From: Gemmatimonadota bacterium
GTDB lineage: Bacteria > Latescibacterota > UBA2968 > UBA8231
DNA length: 64,000 bases
Assembly (NCBI GenBank): GCA_038153405.1
Contig: JAYOYH010000016.1
Location: 25,537-89,536, forward strand
Direction of reading: 5' to 3'
In this document: one piece after another, positions 58,525 through 64,000 of the stretch
How positions within the stretch are numbered: position 1 is the first letter of the stretch
How the letters are laid out: each line of letters opens with the position of its first letter
Notes under the pieces: model-generated
The model's input: the letters and a program-made list of their open reading frames with translations, nothing else
What the model was told of the DNA's origin: nothing
Databases searched by the model: none
Made by a program: the position numbers and the translations under genes

Positions 58525-61269
58525 ATGATTCGATTCTGGACACTGCTCGCCGCGTGCTGCTCCATGGCCTGGGTGCACGCAGCCGTTGTGCACGCGGAGG
58601 CGGTTGCAGCCCTCCTGCAGGAAGGCAGCACCACGCGCGGTCGCGTGCACGCGCTGACGGTATTTGCCCACTTTGGCGACGAAGCCGATCTGGTAGGGGC
58701 TCAAGTGCCGGCCTTTGCCGCAGACCTCTTTGACGAGAAGTTGCCCGGCAGCGTATCCCATTTCTATCGCGAGATGTCGCGCGGGCAGTTCCTGATCAGC
58801 GGTGCGGTGCTGCCGCGCTGGTACAGCGGGCGCGGAGCCGCCAGTCGCTACATAGAGCCTGCGGGCAGCTATGCCGACTTGGCGCGTGAAGTCATTGAGG
58901 CGGTCGATGGCGAAATTGACCTCGGGCTATACGATAGCGACGGGCCGGACGGGGTGCCCAATTCGGGCGATGACGACGGCTATGTCGACTTCCTATTTAT
59001 CGTCATGCGCAGCACCCCCCCGGGTTTTATCGTCGCCGAAGCGACCGGCATTGCCCGCCTAGGGCTGGGCAGCGACTATCGCAGCAACGACGCATCGCTG
59101 TCGGGCGGCAACATACGCATTCGCGCCGACGGCTCAAATCGCGGCCCCGGCGGTGCGCTGCAGCAGGGGCGCAATTTTAACGAAGCGGTAGGCAGTATGG
59201 CCCACGAGTTCGGTCACTATCTGCGCCTGCCCGATCTCTACGATACCAGCAGCTTAGACGACGATGTGACCCCAGAGGAAAACTCGGCCGGCATTGGCTA
59301 TTGGGGCATTATGGGGCATGGCAATCGCGGGTGGAACGAGCGCGGCGGCCCCAATCCATTTTCCGCCTGGTCACTGGCGCAGCTCGGCTGGCTCGGCGTA
59401 GAAAACGCACAGCTCGAGGTGGTCTACGAGGATGTGGTCGACGCCGAACTGCGCGATGTGAACGCGGGGGGCGCGGTCTATCTGCTGCCCGAGTCCACCG
59501 GGCAGGGTTATTACCTCGTCGAATACCGCAGCCGCCGCACCAGCTACTACGAGCGCGATCTGCCGGCCGAGGGAGTGCTCATCTGGCATATAAACCCGTT
59601 GGTAGCCGACAATCGGGACGAAGCCAATCGCCTTGTCGAACTGGTCTGCGCCGACGGCCAATACGCCGATGCCGGCTTTCCGCTGGGCGCGCGCGCAGCG
59701 CCGTTTGACGGGCGCGATAATCTCGACTTCTGGTCTACCGACGAAACCTATCGCAGCCGATTTGGCGGAAATTTGGGCGATGCGACGGACGTGTGGGACG
59801 GGGTGCGCTATACGGACTTTTGGGCCGCTTCCAATCCGGCGGCAAGCGCGGGTATTTCGGTGACGAATATGCGCGCACTCGGCGATCGCATGCTGGCCGA
59901 TCTGCGCATTGCAGACGAGCGTCGCGCGGGAACGGTAGCCCAGAGCCAGGTGTGGCGCGGCCGCATTGATCTGGTGGGCGATATTCGCGTTCTGCCCGGC
60001 GTGCGGCTAGAGCTGGCCGAGGGTACGCATATTGCCGTGGGGCGCGACACGCTGGGTACGGGCAGCGATGCGGCGCGCATTGAAATCGCGGTGCTGGGAC
60101 AGTTGGTGAGCAACGTGACGGGGCGCGATAGCGTGCGGATTACCTCAGCGGCGCCGAACCCGGCACCGGGCGATTGGGCGGGTATCAGCTTGGGGCCTTT
60201 CGCGCGCGTCTTCATGCGACGCACGCGCATTGAATACGCACAAACAGCCCTGCAGGCAACGGGCCTATCTCTGCGCTCTGACGAGAGCGGCCGCGGTATT
60301 CAGGTATTGGCCATGGAAGAGGTCGATATAAGCGATGCGCGCGACGACGGCATACGCCTGGGCGATATCGGCGAGCCGCTGAGCTTTAACCAACTCGGGG
60401 TGCGTCGCGTCGGCGGCGTCGGTCTGTCGGTTGAAGGCGCGGGACTGGTTCGCATCAACGGTGCCGTATTTGAAGAAAATGCCGGGGGCGGCCTGCTGCG
60501 CGAAGGTGGATTTATCGAGCTGCAGGAGAGCCGTTTTACCGATAACGGCCTGGCGGTAGAGGGCGGGGCTAATGTGCATTTGGGGCGCGAGGTCTTTGGA
60601 CAGGTGCGCAACAATTTTTTTTCCGGAGGGGTTGGGTTACACTGCGCGGAGTGCAAAGATATCGTCATTGCCGATAACGCCTTTAGCGATTACCGCATCG
60701 GCCTGCGCGTCGTCAACTCGCAGCCGCGCGTGTATTCCAATCAGTTTATTCGCGGCCAGCTAGCGCTGCAGATCAGTGGCCGCGTCGTGCCAATGCGCCT
60801 CGACCTCAACGTGGTTCAGGACAGCGAGCAGTTGCTCCACAGCGAGAGCGATCAGCTGGTCGTCGCCGCCAATAATTGGTGGGGAAGCGAGGACGAGGCG
60901 TGGATTGAGCAGCGCATAAGCGGGTTCGTGCAGTGGCGTCCCTTCCTCAACTTTGACCCGCGCGCACCCCTCGACTTTGCGCTGCGCCAGAACTATCCCA
61001 ATCCCTTTAATGCCAGCACGGTTATCGAGTACCAAATTGGCATTAATGACCCCATTATTGGCGGCCGCACGCGCGCCGTATTGGAAGTGCGGAATATTGC
61101 GGGCCTGCTTGTCCGCCGCCTCGTTGACGAATTGGCCTCGCCGGGTTTTTATTCCGTCCAGTGGGATGGACGCAACGATGCGGGGCAATCCGTGGCCAGC
61201 GGCGTATATTATTATTTGTTGGACATCGGTCCGATCACCCAGTATCGCAAACTACTCTTTCTCAAGTAG
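58525..61269 (+). CDS. secreted M6-like metalloprotease with beta-helix repeats and C-terminal FlgD-Ig/sorting-like domain
   Basis: signal peptide; DGPDGVPNSGDDDGYVD, AHEFGHYLRLPDLYD, WGIMG.G, YYLVEYR, QNYPNPFN...WDGRND.G..VASGVYYY. Confidence 0.88.
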   Translation: MIRFWTLLAACCSMAWVHAAVVHAEAVAALLQEGSTTRGRVHALTVFAHFGDEADLVGAQVPAFAADLFDEKLPGSVSHFYREMSRGQFLISGAVLPRWYSGRGAASRYIEPAGSYADLAREVIEAVDGEIDLGLYDSDGPDGVPNSGDDDGYVDFLFIVMRSTPPGFIVAEATGIARLGLGSDYRSNDASLSGGNIRIRADGSNRGPGGALQQGRNFNEAVGSMAHEFGHYLRLPDLYDTSSLDDDVTPEENSAGIGYWGIMGHGNRGWNERGGPNPFSAWSLAQLGWLGVENAQLEVVYEDVVDAELRDVNAGGAVYLLPESTGQGYYLVEYRSRRTSYYERDLPAEGVLIWHINPLVADNRDEANRLVELVCADGQYADAGFPLGARAAPFDGRDNLDFWSTDETYRSRFGGNLGDATDVWDGVRYTDFWAASNPAASAGISVTNMRALGDRMLADLRIADERRAGTVAQSQVWRGRIDLVGDIRVLPGVRLELAEGTHIAVGRDTLGTGSDAARIEIAVLGQLVSNVTGRDSVRITSAAPNPAPGDWAGISLGPFARVFMRRTRIEYAQTALQATGLSLRSDESGRGIQVLAMEEVDISDARDDGIRLGDIGEPLSFNQLGVRRVGGVGLSVEGAGLVRINGAVFEENAGGGLLREGGFIELQESRFTDNGLAVEGGANVHLGREVFGQVRNNFFSGGVGLHCAECKDIVIADNAFSDYRIGLRVVNSQPRVYSNQFIRGQLALQISGRVVPMRLDLNVVQDSEQLLHSESDQLVVAANNWWGSEDEAWIEQRISGFVQWRPFLNFDPRAPLDFALRQNYPNPFNASTVIEYQIGINDPIIGGRTRAVLEVRNIAGLLVRRLVDELASPGFYSVQWDGRNDAGQSVASGVYYYLLDIGPITQYRKLLFLK

Positions 61270-61464
61270 TTGGCTCGGGAGGAATAATCTTCCTACTTCG
61301 CGCCGTTGCGCGCGCCGTTGCCGCTGAGACGATACCACGAGGGGTTGGGTAGCCACCCTTTTACACGCTATCTGTAGTGCCTCATAGAGGGGAAGTAAGC
61401 GCGCGCAAAAAACGCTCTATAACATTCACTCAATCTTCTTTAACCATTTTATTTTTCTAAAGAT

Positions 61465-63024
61465 ATGCATGCCGAAGTCGATTATTTAGTCATAGGCAGT
61501 GGCGTCGCTGGCCTTTTTTTTGCTATACAGGCATCAGAGTGCGGCCGCGTCGCTGTGGTGACCAAGCGCGGTCGCCTCGAGTCCAACACGCGCTATGCCC
61601 AAGGAGGCATTGCCGTCGTGGCCGACCAGCGCGACTCGGTGGCCAGTCACGCGCGCGATACGCTGTCCTCAGGCGCTGGCATATGCCGCACCGACATCGT
61701 GGAGGGCGTGATTGCCGAGGGCCCCGAGGTCGTCGGTCAGCTCATTGAATTGGGCGCGCAGTTTACCCGCGATGCGTCGGGTGAATTGTCGCTGGCGCGC
61801 GAGGGCGGGCACGAATGGGCCCGCGTCGTGCGGGCCGATGATATGACGGGGCGCGAAGTAGCGCGCGCATTGGTGGCGGCTGCTGAAGAGCGGCCTGCCA
61901 TACGCCTGCTCGATGAGCACATGGCCGCCGATCTGATATTGAACGAGGATGGCCACTGCTGTGGGGCACTGGTGTTTGACGGAGAAACGGGTGAGTGGGG
62001 GCCGGTATATGCCGGCGCAACGCTGCTGGCAACAGGCGGTTGTGGGCAGGCCTTTTTGCACACGACGAACCCGTCGATTGCCAACGGCGATGGTGTGGCC
62101 ATGGCATGGCGCGCCGGGGCGGACGTGGGCAATATGGAATTTGTGCAGTTCCACCCGACGATGTTTTTCGATCCGGGTGGCTCCGCTTTCTTGATTACGG
62201 AGGCGCTGCGCGGACATGGCGCACTGCTGGTAAATGGCCGGGGAGAGCCCTTTGTAGACCCGCTGCAGACGCGCGATGTTGTGACGCGGGAAATCGTTCG
62301 ACAAATGGCTGCAAACGGCGACGCGTGTGCGTATCTGGACGCCACGGCCAGTGATGCCGAACAGACCAAGGAGCGCTTTCCCAACATTTATCGATACTGC
62401 CTTGAACGCGGCGTCGATATAGGGCATCAGCGCCTGCCGGTGGTACCGGCCGCACACTACAGCTGCGGTGGGGTATGCACCGATGTGCATGGCCAGACGA
62501 CGGTGCCGGGCTTATACGCGGCCGGCGAAGTGGCGATGAGCGGTTTTCACGGCGCCAATCGCCTAGCGAGCAATTCGCTGTTGGAAGGGCTGGTCTTTGC
62601 GCGCCGGGCTTTTCGCCACATGGGTGTTCCCGCCCCAGTCAAAGGCCCGTCTCCCTCGCTCTGGCGCGGACCGCTGTGCGACGAAGCACAGCTGGCGGCA
62701 CGACGCGATGAGGTGAGGCGACTGATGTGGAATGACGTCGGTATTGAGCGCAGCGATGCCGGTTTGGCGCGCGCCTGTGGACGCCTGGCGACGCTGCGCG
62801 AAGAAGTAGAGGAATTATACCGGTTGCACGGTGCGCATGCGCACTTGGTGCAGATGCGCAATTTGATTACCGTGGCCGATTTAATAGCGCGTTCGGCGCG
62901 CTGGCGACTAGAGAGTCGCGGCTGTCACTACAACACCGATCACGCCGAGCGCGACGACGTTCACTGGCGCTGCGAGACGCTGCTGAAGGCCAGCGGCGTA
63001 ATAGCAAGAGGTTGCGAGTTATGA
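61465..63024 (+). CDS. nadB: L-aspartate oxidase
   Basis: VIGSGVAG, YAQGGIA, REGGH, QFHPT, LITEALRG.G, PAAHY.CGG, HGANRLASNSLLEGLVF, ESRGCHY. Confidence 0.95.
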   Translation: MHAEVDYLVIGSGVAGLFFAIQASECGRVAVVTKRGRLESNTRYAQGGIAVVADQRDSVASHARDTLSSGAGICRTDIVEGVIAEGPEVVGQLIELGAQFTRDASGELSLAREGGHEWARVVRADDMTGREVARALVAAAEERPAIRLLDEHMAADLILNEDGHCCGALVFDGETGEWGPVYAGATLLATGGCGQAFLHTTNPSIANGDGVAMAWRAGADVGNMEFVQFHPTMFFDPGGSAFLITEALRGHGALLVNGRGEPFVDPLQTRDVVTREIVRQMAANGDACAYLDATASDAEQTKERFPNIYRYCLERGVDIGHQRLPVVPAAHYSCGGVCTDVHGQTTVPGLYAAGEVAMSGFHGANRLASNSLLEGLVFARRAFRHMGVPAPVKGPSPSLWRGPLCDEAQLAARRDEVRRLMWNDVGIERSDAGLARACGRLATLREEVEELYRLHGAHAHLVQMRNLITVADLIARSARWRLESRGCHYNTDHAERDDVHWRCETLLKASGVIARGCEL

Positions 63025-64000
63025 AAAAGTGGTTGCTAATACTGGCTACGATAAGTTGCGTCGCCCCCGTCTACGCGGGAGAGGCTCTGGTCACCCGCGT
63101 GCGCGGTTCGGTGCTGACTATTGATGCCGGCGCTGAAGGTGGGCTAATCAAGGGGTTGTCGGTCGATATCGTCCGTCCGCCGGGCGAGGCCGTTATTCAC
63201 CCGATCACGGGGGAAAATCTCGGCGCGCCGGAAATGGTGATTGGCAGGGGCGAAATCTCCAAGACGTCGAATCGGGCGGCCAATGTTAAGGTCGAATCTG
63301 GTTTGCTGCTGTCCGTTCGCCCGGGCGATTTCGTGCGCTTTACCACGCCGCAGGAAGAGATGCTCATCGACCAGGAGCGCACCGTGGTCACGCAGGAGAA
63401 AAACCAGGAAGAGCACCAAGGATTTCGCAACGAAATCGCGCGCCTCACGCGCAACATCAAGAACGTGCAGGGGCGGATCGGTGGTTTGGAACAGATGATG
63501 AAGCGCGTCGAGCGCGTCGAAGAGGGTTTTCGCGTCCAACTGCGCGGTATCAACACCGATATGAACGTCATGAAAGAGGACATCGTCGATCTCAAAGAAG
63601 CGGTGTCGCTGATGGGGGCTGTGCCCGTTGCCGGCCTAGAAGGCGAGATGGCCGCCGAGCCAGTCGACCTGAGCTCGGAGGAGAGCGTCGAGCAGATTCG
63701 CCAAATCGTGCGCAACGTCATAGAAGAGTCGCAGCCGGTGGTGCCGCCGGTTAGCCAGGAAGAGCTAGCTCTGCCCGAGGAAACGGCTCTCGATGTGCCG
63801 CTCGAGGAGGAAGAGATGGCCAGCGAGGAAGGGGAAGAGGAAGAGCCATTTTACCTGCAAACCTGGTTTATCGGTTTGCTCGCCGCTATCGGCATTATCG
63901 GAGTAGCTGCGTTTGTCTACATGCGTATGATGGCCAACGGCGGCGAAGACGAGGAGGACGAAGAAGACGAGGAAATCGTCGACGACGACGACTTGGACGA
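63021..64000 (+). CDS. exported single-pass membrane protein, truncated at the window end
   Basis: absent from the ORF track because it has no stop; ATG overlaps the nadB stop; signal MKKWLLILATISCVAPVYA, beta domain IDAG..HPITGENLG, coiled coil, Glu-rich linker, TM TWFIGLLAAIGIIGVAAFVY, acidic tail. Confidence 0.85.
   Translation, partial: MKKWLLILATISCVAPVYAGEALVTRVRGSVLTIDAGAEGGLIKGLSVDIVRPPGEAVIHPITGENLGAPEMVIGRGEISKTSNRAANVKVESGLLLSVRPGDFVRFTTPQEEMLIDQERTVVTQEKNQEEHQGFRNEIARLTRNIKNVQGRIGGLEQMMKRVERVEEGFRVQLRGINTDMNVMKEDIVDLKEAVSLMGAVPVAGLEGEMAAEPVDLSSEESVEQIRQIVRNVIEESQPVVPPVSQEELALPEETALDVPLEEEEMASEEGEEEEPFYLQTWFIGLLAAIGIIGVAAFVYMRMMANGGEDEEDEEDEEIVDDDDLD

Noticed and set aside
61270..61464. 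Possible NAD+ riboswitch or ncRNA upstream of nadB; short cgccgttgc repeat and weak hairpin at 61340-61362
   Set aside because: I could not match the known nadA-motif consensus; the hairpin is more simply a weak terminator. An Rfam scan would settle it
63930..64000. GAR/GAC-rich low-complexity repeat
   Set aside because: It simply encodes the acidic tail of the terminal CDS

Overview
GC-rich, gene-dense bacterial chromosomal window with about 50 CDS. I found no rRNA, tRNA, CRISPR array or recognisable mobile element. The gene content (many phytanoyl-CoA dioxygenase-family genes, sulfatase, Gfo/Idh/MocA oxidoreductases, HpcH aldolases, secreted proteins with 'YPNP(FN)' C-terminal domains, type II glutamine synthetase) suggests a diderm heterotroph of the FCB group, such as a Latescibacterota/Handelsmanbacteria-like lineage; this taxonomy is an inference. 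The most notable locus is a complete ubiquitin-analogue/proteasome operon at 31608-38030: arc ATPase, dop, UBact (C-terminal RYRQRTGE), prcB, prcA, pafA. It sits 10 bp downstream of signal peptidase I and is followed by a basic, low-complexity orphan ORF. Other notable items are a CysRS with a tandemly duplicated C-terminal module, a sigma54-type promoter region upstream of glnII, two paralogous secreted M6-like metalloproteases, a secreted vanadium-haloperoxidase/PAP2-family protein overlapping a PhyH dioxygenase, a candidate promoter bracketed by perfect 11-bp inverted repeats, and a GNAT pseudogene remnant. All calls come from reading motifs by eye; no database searches were run.
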